59,941 nt of DNA, filler included, from Hausera hauseri (GCA_046269625.1; 10 parts of 10 records of this genome joined end to end with filler, not necessarily neighbours in it); one strand, 5' to 3'. Counted from the first letter of the whole stretch, positions 1-11,997 are shown. Numbers and translations: made by a program. Notes: generated from the sequence alone by a model not told the origin.

Positions 1-344
1 GCTGCAGGTAGAAACAACAGCTACATTCAACCTGTTACCTCACACTGATACCATATTCTCTTTAACACCAGGCCACCCTGCTTCCTTTCTTGTGGATGCA
101 GCGCCCACGGCAACAAGCATCACTTCTAAGTGGTACTGTGACACAACTCTGGTTGGATATCGCCACTTGTGACCACAACGCTTCAAGTTACACTGGGCAA
201 CAACCTAAATGGGCTTAAATTTTTTATTTTTTGCTGAAGAACAGAGATCACATCTTGGGGGTATAGCGTAGCTGTAATTTATTTAGAAACCCCACAGAGG
301 AAGAGTTATTTTGGAGACAGAGAACTCGTAGGAAGGATGGCTTT

Positions 345-373
345 TCTCTCTCTCTCTCTGTCTCTCGCTCTCT
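345..373. repeat. (CT)n microsatellite
   Basis: tctctctctctctctgtctctcgctctct read directly. Confidence 0.9.
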
Positions 374-715
374 GCTCAAGGGGCTTGCAGGTAAACTTCA
401 ATCAGAAGTGACCTACTCTCTGATCTGAAGCAGCACTGCAGATGAACATTCTATTTATGTTGCACTCCTCAGGAAAATAAGTTCAGTGGAAAAAGTATTT
501 CTCCTTCATTTCTAAAGATAAAATGAAGCTCTTTGAATGAGTGCTTTGAAGTTTCCTGAAAATCTTTTTTGCAATTCAGCTGAGTAAAGAGATTCGTCAG
601 CTGTGTCACCCTACAGTTTGTCTCTTCTCAAATTAGTTTTCCATTTGAAGGCTCAGTAGAATGCAGTCAAAAGTGCTCAGATTTTTTTTGGTCAAACACA
701 CGTCACTTTTGTGGG

Positions 716-2374
716 CACGGAATCAAAGCTTTGATTGCGATAAAGCGGAAGTAGGATCTACATATACCTTGGTTGATTTAGAGAAATGCCCTGATGCTGA
801 ACCGGACAAAGTGACAACAGAATCTGCAACGAAATATTACATTTATCAAGAAAATAAATTTTTCGAGTAAAAGCGCTAGAGTGTAAATTGACGAAACAAA
901 CAAAAATGGCATTGTGGAAAAGCGCATACTCGTTCAACGAATCTACTAATAGCATTACCAGATGAGTCCCGGCGAGTGCTACCAGACGATTCTAAACAGG
1001 CGGTGAGACTGGGTAAGTTAAAGATAAATGACAAGGTGGAAATAACGACAATAGTTAATGGTATTAAATACCTCACAATAACTGAAGGAGGTATGGTAGA
1101 TAAAGACGGAACATGTACAGGACAAACCGTGGATGACGTATCACGGATAGTTGTGCAAAACCTATATACTTGGACAGTCACCTATAAAGAAATCACGTTT
1201 GACGTTGAAACATTGAAATTAATGATTCGGGTGGACTGCGTATATGGTAACGGGTATTGTTTTACCTCAGACTCGGTAATTACCTGGAATGTAGAAGTTA
1301 TAACCTGCAATTTAGCCTTTATTAAAGTTGCAACATTCAATATCACGAAAGGTGTTAGGTTTTCAAAGCCAACGTCACCGCGCTCTGAGGAGGCGGATGT
1401 ACAGCAATTAACAGAGATTGAAACACCAGCAGTCCTAAGGTCAACAGTTGATGACGCAGTACGATTGACAAGAAAACAGATAGTAACCAAATGTAAAACG
1501 GAGATGTATGCTACAAATGTGGAAATGTATACATTAAAACAACCGAAGTTGAAGACACAAAAACAAGTACACCCAACCGAGTACACCCAAACAACGGGGG
1601 GTATTCGGCAGAACTACTGGAGAAGGGCTAGTAACATTCCAGTGTCGGGAAGTTGATGTACTTGTGATAGACACGGCCACATGCACTAATGAAATAGCTG
1701 TCAAATATAATAGACACACGAGATACGTAGCACCAATAAGGAGAGTAATGTTGTTACCAGCAGAAAATCCAACAATATTAAAGGAGTGCATAAGAAACGT
1801 TGAATCATTGTTTAAGATTGAACATGATCACTGGGTTACGATGCCGTCAAGGACGAAAATAATAACCCCACAGAAACTGACGATGCTGGCATTAAACCAA
1901 CAACTGAAATTCGACAATAATGCTAATTTCTTTCAAGGAGGGTTGTACGATGCGACTAGTATGGAAAAGTTAAGAAGGTATTTATTGTTTCCGAAGTAAT
2001 TACACAGACTTATAGTGTCATATACGCAGAGAGTTACTGATACGGGAGATGGAAAAACAAATTGGGAAAATGTCTTATCCCCAGATCACTTCACTAAAGC
2101 CGCAAAGACGATGTTTAAAAAACTATGGGGAGAAATGAAGACGTTTGGAGAAGTACCATCCGGATTTCTAGCTATTTATTTCATAATGCAGATTATGCGA
2201 ACGATAATCGCCCAGATAACTAGTGGGTTTGTAAATTTCCAGCTATTTGGCTGCTCAAAGAAAATATTAACAGCACTTTGCACACCGTTAGCCAAATACG
2301 TACAGCATGCATTAATGGCCCAGTGGATGAGAGAAAGAGAAAGACGATATGACATTATGATGGTAGTGGAATAG
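716..2374 (+). pseudogene. Chuvirus-like glycoprotein (env-like), frameshifted, with an internal deletion
   Basis: N-terminal FDCDKAEVGSTYTLVDLEKC; GGMVDKDGTCTG; CVYGNGYC; GVFGRTTGEGLVTFQC; C-terminal LWGEMKTFGEVPSGFLAIYFIMQIMRTIIAQITSGF hydrophobic segment; collinear with 18440-20283. Confidence 0.8.
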
Positions 2375-2870
2375 GCAGAGTGAGTATCTGTGGATCCAAA
2401 TGGTCAAAACAAGGAAAAATACTAAATAGTAGAAAGCCAAAAAAGGATATATGGAAATGGATAAAGAACTCTAGCAGTAAAGAACGAGACAATAAAATTA
2501 ATAGTTGTACTCAATTGTACCAAATCAAAACCAGGAATCAGGGAAGACCGTTGCCAAGGGTACCCATAACCGATGATAATGATGTGGAAGAGTTAAAAGA
2601 GAATCAGATGGATGCGTTATGTAGCGGTAGCAGTGCTAAGTATATTAAATACCGAGAATTACGGCAACAATTGAAGGGCATGAAGAACGTTACATCAAGT
2701 AGATTATCTATCGCCGAAGTAAGGCTAGTAAATGAAGAAAATTCGAATACTGACAACAAGAACATGACGGTAAAAGTACTACGCTTTAATAATTTTGTGC
2801 ATTACGCTCTACTAAAAGGAAGATGGAGACGAAGAGACCATATACATTGGTTACCGTTCATGAAGATTAG

Positions 2871-5310
2871 GACGTAGTAGCTTTAGTGGATACTGGTTGT
2901 AACGATTCAATAATATTACTATCGAGTATACCCGACAGATACAGATCGGAGTTGGACCCACCCAGGAAAGGGGACCGAGCAACCGTATCGGGATGGGGCG
3001 ACAAATTAATGCCAGTAGGCTATTGGACAACTTAGATAATACTCTACAACAAACGCTTGAAACACACATTTAAAGTATTTGACAAATTGGTTGAGGACGT
3101 AATTGTAGGACTTGACTTACAACGTAAATGTACAGGGCGATACTTGAACTTGACTACGGGACAGCTCGCAATACCAGCGGTAAAGTTCCGAAAAGAAGTA
3201 GTCATTGTACGAGAAGGAATCATCTTGGAACCTACCAGTGAACACATTATACAAGGATATGCGCCAAATATGGTAAATGGAACTATGCTATTCGAACCTG
3301 ATGTGGTATCAAATAGCAGGCAAGGAATAAAAGCGGCGTGCAGTATTAGTACCATCAACGAAGGTTACTTACCAATTCGAGTAATGAACACAGATAGACA
3401 AGCAGATTTACTCAGACCAAATGCAATTATTGGACAATTATGCGTCATATCACACATTATTCAGCCGAAGGAATGTATTGACACGTTTGTAGAGATAGAT
3501 AAAATAAAAACTGATTTAGTTGGGAAAGATAAAATACGTCTATTGTGTGTTCTCAGAAGGCACCTAAAAGCTTTCGCTAAATTTGACACATATTTGGGTA
3601 AAACCGATCGCGTAGTGCATCGTATTCCGTTGCTAAACGAACGACCGGTAAAACAACGACCGCATCGAGTTCCATATACGTTACAAAAAGAATTTAATCG
3701 TCAATTACAGCAAATGTTGGAAAATGATGTTATTAGAAAAAGCAATTCGTCATGGCTATCACCAATCGTAGTAGAAGCAAAAAGGATGGTGGAGCTAGAA
3801 TTTGTATAGATTTTCAACAATTAAACAGTTAGACAATAAAGAAGTCATACCGGCTACCACTACAGGAAGATATATTTGATAAATTAAGAGGCTCTAAATA
3901 TTTTACAACGATGGATATGCAGAGCGGGTACTGGCAAGTCCCACTAGCCGAGGAAGATAAATATAAAACGGCATTTTCCGCCGGTAAAGGTCAATATGAG
4001 TTTAATGTAATGCCTTTTGGACTATGAAATGCTCCATCTACGTTCCAAAAAACCTTAGAAGCTATGTTGATAGATAGTACGCACGCAATGGTTTACATTG
4101 ATGACATTGTGATATTTTCACGGACGTTGGACGAACACTTAGTTGACATCGAAAAAATCCTTGATTTGTTGGAAGTATGGGGATTTAAACTGAAGCTTAA
4201 GAAATGTGCATTTGCAATGTTGAAAGTTGCTTTTCTTGGTCATACTGTGTCAGCTGACGGCATAGAAGTGAATCCAGAAAAAGTATCTGCTATTATGGCT
4301 TGGCCAATCCCAAAGAGTTTAACAGAACTACGCGCGTTTTTGGATACATGTGGTTATTACAGAAAACATGTTCCAAACTTTAGTACAATAGCAGCTCCAT
4401 TGTTTGCGTTAACTGATGAAGGAATTAAATTCTTATGGACAATAGAAACCCAGGAATCATTTGACACTCGAAAGAAACTTTTGTCTTCAGCACCAATACT
4501 CAGATATCCGGATTTATCCCTGTCGTTCATCGTATTTACTGACGCAAGTAACACCGATTTGGGAGCTGTTTTATCACAAACGCCACCAGATTCAAAATTG
4601 GAATATGTAATTGTGTACGCAAGCAGAACCTTGTCAGAAACTGAACAGAAATACGCCGTAATAGAAAAGGAAATGTTAACAATTGTCTTCGCAATGGATA
4701 AGTTCCGATATTAAGTGGGAGTGCATGAAGTGAAAGTTTTTACAGATCACGCGCCATTAGGTTTCTCAACAGTAAAAGACCCATATTCAAGACTGAAATG
4801 ATGGCAACTTAAACTGCAAGCGTATAATTTAACTATATTTTATCGGCCGGGGAAGACCAATAGAAATGCAGACGGACTATCGTGCAGGCCAGCGACGGTT
4901 GAGGGTCTAGAACGTCTAGAGAAAGGATACGAGTCAAAACATATATCGCAAATGATGATTTTCCAGACAACTACTATGCATATCCCGGATGATGAAATTC
5001 ACATATTGATTAACCAACAGGAACAAGATATCGAATTATGCGTAATTCGAGAATTTGTACGAACGCGAGAGATTAATACGTCTAATAAAGAATTGGTCCA
5101 ACATTTGATAAATGAAGGTGCGAAATACCTTATTGCGTCCGAATTATTACGTTATCGGAACCTGCAGTAAAGAAAGGCAAGTCCTCAAAGTTAGCCCGTC
5201 CGTGGCAAGGCCCCAATAAGGTCGAAAAGGTTACAGAAACGAATATTTTTATACGAAACTAATGGGGAGACGAGAAGAAATCATAACCGTCTCTGTAGAC
5301 CGATGAAAAA
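2871..5310 (+). pseudogene. pol: Gypsy pol: aspartic protease, RT, RNase H, integrase C-terminal GPY/F remnant
   Basis: ALVDTGC (DTG 2889-2897, missed by the ORF track); GYWQV and YEFNVMPFG; YIDD at 4094-4105; FTDASNTDLGAVLSQ; KLARPWQGP near 5190-5215. Confidence 0.95.
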
Positions 5311-5329
5311 GGCACCTTTAAATTTATAA

Positions 5330-6493
5330 GTGGAAATACTGCAACAAACGGGCATCGCCCAAACCAGAAACGAGTTAATCTCATCAAACCAAGGTGTGTC
5401 GAAACTCTCTATATTGTATACGTTTTGCCTGTTTATGAGCTTGTGTTCGACATCTCGTGGAATAGATATTGACTGGGGATGGACTCGTCAGAGAAACGAA
5501 TTACGTTTATATACGTTGGTATCAGATATTCTTAATGACATTAAGGTTGGAGTTTTTATGATACAGGGTCATAGGCAATACCAACGGTTCTACTGTGAGT
5601 TTAAACCACTAGGAGGCCACTGCCACTATAAATATCCGGATGAAGGAACACTACAGCAAGTGATCGAAGAATAGGTTAATGGTACTCAAATCAGAAGATA
5701 GAATTCAGAAATAATAAAGATCACGACGTTTTCGTATCAAAAGGAAATCCCAGTTTATATATATTTGTCTGAGAACCAAAAAGGGGTACAAATGCGAGTT
5801 GTCTCGAGAGGGCAAAAATGCCCACTAATGATTAGGAAACAAGGGGAGAGCTCTAAACGGGTAGTTAGATATCAACGCGATTTTAACTATAGCGAATCAG
5901 CTTGGCTAGAACTCAGTTGTTACACAGGCAATCTGCGCCGGTATATTAATTTCCAATGGATTCAAGCACAAGCTAAGCCGTTAAATCTATCAGGCGAATA
6001 CCTTTAGGAGAGAGTATCGTCAACGAAGGATGATAAATTAAAGGAAACGTATAGAGTTCCGTGGATTTTTATACGGCAAGATATGAATATTGTCACAATC
6101 TTGTTGGGCTCGTATCACAGAGCAATAAAAGTACTGTGTCGTAGTGCTACAGGACATCAGGTAGAGAATGGTGGTTTTAATAAAATTCAGGTCACGAAGA
6201 ATTATAGCCTTGAGATTTCAAGCACTAGCTACGACATTGTCCAATTAACCTTTATTATACATGGCTTAAATAATTTTATGCTACTTAATACCACCTTAAA
6301 ACTCATTGTACCTAAACTATTGTTGGTTTCAAAGACTATAGCAAAAAACGTGTACACCCTACTGTTTCTTCTATGCTGCAATGTCTTATCTCGAATATCA
6401 CTTATATATAAAAAATCAAAGAAAGGGACGCAGGAAGAAGTACCACAGCAGACAACAAGACCCAAGACGGCAAAAACACCATTGCATAATTGA
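5330..6493 (+). pseudogene. Putative type I membrane protein downstream of pol (disrupted)
   Basis: Signal-like SILYTFCLFMSLCSTSRG; Cys-containing ectodomain fragments; hydrophobic YTLLFLLCCNVLSRISLIY followed by basic KKSKK. Confidence 0.55.
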
Positions 6494-7113
6494 GTAGGCC
6501 ATCCATTAAAGTCCTTATCTGTTTCAGGGGAATTAGGCACACTGGATCTGCTCACTGCTGCACAGTGCCAGGAAATGATGGGCAGCACTGAGGGACAGAG
6601 CTAAGATTAGACCCCAGTGATTGACAAGTTGATAGAGCCAACTGGAAAACTGCCATTCCTCTCTTAAGATAGTCTCCTTACAGTAATGAAGCAGAGTGCG
6701 CCAGCTCTACATGACGGCATAAGCAGCTAGGGAGATAATGAGGAACTTAAGGACGTTTTATGCAGTCTCTTCTCTTTTGGTCTGTTTTACTTGTCCCACG
6801 TATTGAAATTAACAAGATAAAATGTTGCTTTCCAAAACCATCCACCTGTGACCTCTATCGACTCCTCTGACACACACAAGACACGCAAAAGAAATCGTAA
6901 AATGTGACCAAAACATTTGAGTTGTGAATATTTGAGGAGGAGAAATTTAGAAGGGAGGAATTCAATTGAAGCCTCTAAAATGTCTCTAAAACCTCATCTG
7001 CTGTGAGCACACTGAGCTGATATTATACTTGTCTTATCAGTTCAGACTGAATTAATGAACACAATGTGGAGCAGTGTTAAATTATACTAGCCCACTACCG
7101 TTCAAACTGTCAC

Positions 7114-7162
7114 CATACATACATACATACATACATACGTCACATACATATACATATATATA
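7114..7162. repeat. (CATA)n/(TA)n microsatellite
   Basis: catacatacatacatacatacatac...catacatatacatatatata. Confidence 0.9.
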
Positions 7163-7243
7163 TGGCTGAGTCATACCTGTGTGGCAGACATTCTGCAGTA
7201 GGTGCTCTAGCAAAAACTTATTGGGTTTAGTACCTGGTCCTTT

Positions 7244-7343
7244 NNNNNNNNNNNNNNNNNNNNNNNNNNNNNNNNNNNNNNNNNNNNTTAATTAATTAAN
7301 NNNNNNNNNNNNNNNNNNNNNNNNNNNNNNNNNNNNNNNNNNN
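7244..7343. other. Artificial contig linker
   Basis: 44N-TTAATTAATTAA-44N, stops in six frames. Confidence 0.99.
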
Positions 7344-7715
7344 TTTTCTTGCAGTTACGAAACAAAATACATCGTCCTTTGTTAGTGGCACAAGTAATGG
7401 TGCACATTCTATTCGATTAACTATGGGTAGTAATTCGTATTGTCGCAAGGCATCCCACACCTCATTAGGTGCTAAATCTGTCATTTGTAATTTAGCTTTT
7501 ATTGTTTCTATTAATAATTCTGAAGGTTCACCGTATACTATAGAACCTGGTGGTATATTTACTTTGGGAATAAACCTCTGGTTTTTGATTGGTGGTAATG
7601 TGGCTTCCGAGTGTTGGAGCGTATCCGACATAGATATAAGTTCCTCATCTAACATTTCAAATATTTCGTCATCATTTATAAATTGAAGTTCCTGTCTAGA
7701 TGTGCTCGACTGCAT
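7344..7715 (-). CDS. Retroelement ORF fragment of unknown function, cut by contig end
   Basis: ORF 7296..7715 on the same A-rich strand as the gag region; runs into N. Confidence 0.45.
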
Positions 7716-7868
7716 CCAATTTCGAAGGTTTTCAAATAATGACGGTCATTGGGGTGGAACCTTTGGTTGAGTAAGTGACGCAATTAATTTGTCACCATAA
7801 GGATCTATCCATTCTCGAGTTGGTCTTATTTTAACAGGTTACTATGAATATTCGTCAGAATCCATATC

Positions 7869-8531
7869 CTAATGTATTTGAGCTATTGGTTCGATTCCTG
7901 GAATTGCTCTTGCTTCTTCCATTTTTTTAAGTTCTTTTATTACTGGGAAAGATATTCGTAATGTTTTCTGACTTTCTATTACCCAAGGTGTGTTATATTC
8001 TGTTCGCATTGTCTTCAAATATTCGTCTAAGCATCTTTGTGCCATAACTTCTAAATTGTGACCATTATATAGATCTATACATCTATAATTCCTGTTTGTT
8101 TGTTCCAGATCATAAATGGCGGTTAGATTTGCTGGGTTTATGTTTAATGTATTTAGCAATTCTGGTAATTGTCGTCCGATAATTATTTTTCCTGGTAGAT
8201 ACTTATCCATAAATTCGCTTACCGATTCTTGACGCTGAGGATTAAACCGTCTACTGTATTCTGTGTATTTTGTGTTATCTAGGATGTTTGGGTATACGTG
8301 AACGTTAAGGATTGTTTTCCCTTCTAAATTCTTTGCAGTGATTTGTGTTAGTCCTTTCTGATTTCCTTTGGTTATAAATCTACCGGTAAGGATTATTTCT
8401 TTATCCTGTGTTACCGGTTCTTCTATAGTTAATTTGGATATTTCCTTAAGTAATTGTATTAAATATATCGGACAGTTATCTAGAGGCTGAATCTGATAAT
8501 CTCCATCATAAGGGTAATTGGGAAGTATCAT
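7869..8531 (-). CDS. Degenerate DEDDh (REX4/ISG20-like) exonuclease-fold domain 2
   Basis: LTQITAKNLEGKTILNVHVYP...YLPGKIIIGRQLPELLNTL...IYDL parallels REX4-type ARVSIVN.G.VL..YVKP...L.GRILVGH.L..DL..L; catalytic acids not evident. Confidence 0.5.
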   Translation of the reverse strand: MILPNYPYDGDYQIQPLDNCPIYLIQLLKEISKLTIEEPVTQDKEIILTGRFITKGNQKGLTQITAKNLEGKTILNVHVYPNILDNTKYTEYSRRFNPQRQESVSEFMDKYLPGKIIIGRQLPELLNTLNINPANLTAIYDLEQTNRNYRCIDLYNGHNLEVMAQRCLDEYLKTMRTEYNTPWVIESQKTLRISFPVIKELKKMEEARAIPGIEPIAQIH

Positions 8532-8548
8532 AGTTTCTTTTGAGACTA

Positions 8549-9300
8549 TTACTGCTTTATTGTCAATTTGAACCGTGCTTCTCCTTTATTAGTAATTACA
8601 ACACATGGCGGATCATTTCTATTAATCTGAATATCAGTTCTTTTAAGGTAGATTTTATCTATACCTTCCATACAAATTGATCCTTGTTTGGCAATATCTG
8701 TAAACTCTATTCGATTAGTTTTCTTATTTATAAGCAATTTATCCCAATGTTGGGCAATTTTCATATCCATGGGTTGTAACGTGACTTCTGGTATTAAAGT
8801 GGTATTACACGTTACTTCCTGTTGGGGATATCTATTATCCTTAGTTAGAGGTCTACTTGGGAAAATATAACATGGAGATCCTTGATGATTAAGTTTGATT
8901 TTGTATTCTTGTCGTAAATTATTTAATTGTTGTTGTAATGTACCTTCTCTAATCCAATAATCATCTGGTAAATTAAAGTTCTGATCCACACTAAATGTAC
9001 CGAAGACATGCGTTTCCCTTAATTGAATTTGTTTGAATAACCAGGGCAAATCTGTTCCCACAACAAGTTTTCCACAGAATAGCTGTCTTAAGTTTTCGTA
9101 ACATGTTTCTTTTTCCAAGTGTACGTTTTCTAATTCGGCTATTACATCACCTTCTACATTCTCTATTCTTATTTGAGTGATTTCTGATGCCTGTTCGTCA
9201 TCTATGGTTTTATCCCAAGCTACAAAGGTTAAAAGTAAATTTTTAATTTCTTTGGTTTCCGGCCATAATATGTATGGTAGTGTATTACTTTGGATGTGGG
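8549..9300 (-). CDS. Degenerate DEDDh exonuclease-fold domain 1 plus linker
   Basis: ITQIRIENVEGDVI...LFCGKLVVGTDLPWLFKQI resembles domain 2. Confidence 0.4.
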
Positions 9301-9349
9301 ATTTTTCGTTCAGCTTGATCCAGATACTTTCTGGTTATGAAAGGTTTTT

Positions 9350-11400
9350 CTAAAATAGAAATATTAGATGGTGATTAGATTTATTTTGATGTCGGTCCGC
9401 CGTTGGTTTAGTGAATAATAATCCTGTAAATGCTGATTTGGTCTGTTCATTAAAAGTTACTGATCGACGGGGTGAAACACTTCTTTCCTCATTATTACCT
9501 CTTCTATTATCTGGTGAGTTTTCTTTTTCTCTTATGGAATCATTATAAGGTGGTGTTGAATACGGTTTTCTTTCATCATAATATTTAGAATTTCCTGATG
9601 TCGCATTTCTATTGTATCTAGGTGGAGAAAATCTTCTATTCATTGGTGAATCATTTCGTCTGTAATTATAATCTGATGATCGAGTATATCTATCATTATT
9701 ATTGTTATTCAGTCTATGGGAAGGAGTTTGGTTTCGGTCTCTTGGAGTATATGGACTAGGATTCCTATTATATCTACGATTCTCGTCGAGGTGGTATATA
9801 ATCATGTCTTCTATCATAGTTTACTGATCTTGGATCATTATATCTGTTTCTGTTATCAGGATTATATCTATCTCTACTATCAACGCGCTGATTATTTCTT
9901 TCTCTGCTGTCATTTCTATTAAATCCACCATATCGTTCTCGACTGTCATCCCTTCTAAATCTCTTACAACTTTCACTTCGTCTTTCATTAAAATAATTAG
10001 ATCCTTTTGAACGATTGTTTGGATATCGCGTTTGGCTATCGTCTTGTGGATATCGTGTTTGACTATCTTGTCTGTAATATCAGTTCGTTTGACTATTTCT
10101 GTTTTCGTAACGATTAGAATTTCGGTCGTTATTATATCTTTCTCTGCTAGGAAATCTATTTCTGTTATCATTTGTGTCTCTTGAATAATCTCATGGTCTG
10201 TCATATCTTGTATCATTTCGTTGTCGGTCATCATAATTTTCTCTATTTCGTTGATATTGTATATCTCTTTGGTGATTGATTATAATTTCTTTCTGGAGTA
10301 TTACTTCGCTGCGGTGTATTATTACCTTGTTGATTAGGGCTTTGACTTCTTGGAGAGTCTCTCCAAGGCGAACTACTACGATTGGGTACGTCTGACCATA
10401 CTAATAATGGTGCTGTAGCTACTGCTGCTACTTGCGTTTGATTGGTCCATAAAGGCGTTTCATCCACTCGAGTCGCCATTTTTCTGGCATAATCTATTAA
10501 TTCGTTAATATTGTTAGCTGTATGAAATTTAACTCCTTCTCGTAAGGGTGGTAAGAGCCAGAGTACAAAATGCTTTATAATCATAGCGCTAAAAGCATCC
10601 ACATTAGGGCCAATATATCTATTCATTGCCGTTTTGAATCTATTAATATAAGTTAAAATTTCCTCATTTGATTTCTGTTTGCAATTTTAAAATTTTAAGT
10701 ATCTATTTTCTTGTATATTGACCTGTTGATTTCGTAAAATCCTTTTTCTGTATCGGTTCGAAGTTTCATTATCCAATCTAGGTAGACGAGTTATTGCCGT
10801 ACTTAAATCACTGTTCACATGTACTGGTAACATGGATATTTTCTTTGCCTCATCCCAATGCATAGCTGTAGCCAAAAAATCGTATTCATCTAAAAAGTCT
10901 TCCTATTTTGATACTTGTCCTTCGTATGGTTGGAGACGAGGGAGCATCTGATATTTTTCTTCCCTTCTTCTCTCCTCTCCATTTGGTAAACCATAACCGA
11001 CGTTGTTACGGTCATAATCTTCACGGTGGGCCGCTGGCCCTTGATTATTCCTTTGCGGATACATGTTGTTGCTATCAGTGTCAGAGATTTCACAAGGTAT
11101 GGAATCTACGTCTATTGAAAACTCTTGTGATTGGATTTCTTCTCGTCGATCTATTTCTTCTGGCCTTATTTGTCCAATTCGTTCATTTAACTGGTCTATT
11201 CCTCGTGTTAATATTTCTATTCGATTTCTGGTACAATTATTTTCCTCCTGCATTTGTTCCCGTTCATCTACTATAATTGCTACTCGATCTTGTATTTCGC
11301 TTATCCTTTATCTTACTTGCCTTTTGTTATTATCAATTTGTTCCCTATTTCTTTTTATCATGGTTATACCGTCATCAGTTTCATATCGTAGGTTATATAT
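9350..11400 (-). pseudogene. gag: Retrotransposon Gag-like protein: coiled coil, capsid, long RS/RD/SP-rich C-terminal region
   Basis: LPRLQPYEGQVSK*EDFLDEYDFLATAMHWDEAKKISMLP (capsid N-terminal pattern); KQKSNEEILTYINRF (major-homology-region-like); then DSRER, SPRR, SPP repeats. Confidence 0.75.
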
Positions 11401-11676
11401 TTGTCTAGAATTATACAAAAGACGATGTCGAATAAAATTTGACATTGGAAATTTATATGTAAGCTAACAGGATAGCCCAGTAGCTACGTCAATGATATCT
11501 CGACACCCCGCTAAACGTGAGAATATACAACAATACATTAAATACCGAACAGAAACACAGCCAGATTGGTCGCCAAACGGGATAGAATTACTTCAGAATA
11601 AAATTTTGTATCCCCAGAGAAGGAAAAGAAACCTAAACAAAATATCCTCGACAATCTCTATTTATGCGATCTAGAA

Positions 11677-11868
11677 TGCGTGATCTGCTATGTAAACGTA
11701 CCATAAGTTATTCTTCTACCGTGTGGTCATCTAGAAACATGTTAGCTATGTTCCAATAAAACAAAAAATTGCCCAGTTTGTAGAAATCTTACAGAAAGAC
11801 GAGTGACTCATTTCCAATTTTCAGAAAGGAACAGTGAAATAATCTCACCCGAAATGGATATTAACTAA
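11677..11868 (+). pseudogene. IAP/Mdm2-type C3HC4 RING finger with two in-frame stops
   Basis: Manual translation: ECVICYVNVP*VILLPCGHLETC*LCSNKTKNCPVCR. Confidence 0.85.
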
Positions 11869-11877
11869 TAATTAGTA

Positions 11878-11977
11878 NNNNNNNNNNNNNNNNNNNNNNN
11901 NNNNNNNNNNNNNNNNNNNNNTTAATTAATTAANNNNNNNNNNNNNNNNNNNNNNNNNNNNNNNNNNNNNNNNNNNN
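11878..11977. other. Artificial contig linker
   Basis: 44N-TTAATTAATTAA-44N. Confidence 0.99.
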
Positions 11978-11997
11978 ACGTTTGGCTTTTTTAAACA

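Larger units (their letters stand above)
716..6493 (+). mobile_element. Decayed Ty3/Gypsy retroelement (copy A): glycoprotein - PR - RT - RH - (IN core deleted) - membrane protein; no LTR visible
   Basis: Collinear A-rich plus-strand ORF fragments carrying the motifs listed in the next features. Confidence 0.85.

Noticed and set aside
876-1791. Minus-strand ORFs over the glycoprotein, and similar antisense ORFs over pol, pPolB and transposases
   Set aside because: Shadows of the real coding strand with no motifs.
3200-3460. dUTPase between protease and RT (also 21340-21580)
   Set aside because: Beta-rich spacer common in gypsy Pol; the dUTPase motifs seen at 49002-49445 are absent.
6494-7243. 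3' LTR of copy A
   Set aside because: No polypurine tract, TG...CA boundary or matching repeat elsewhere in the window.
9821-10234. 137-aa I/T/D/M-rich ORF as a separate gene
   Set aside because: It is the shifted frame of the R/D/S/Y/N-rich Gag tail.
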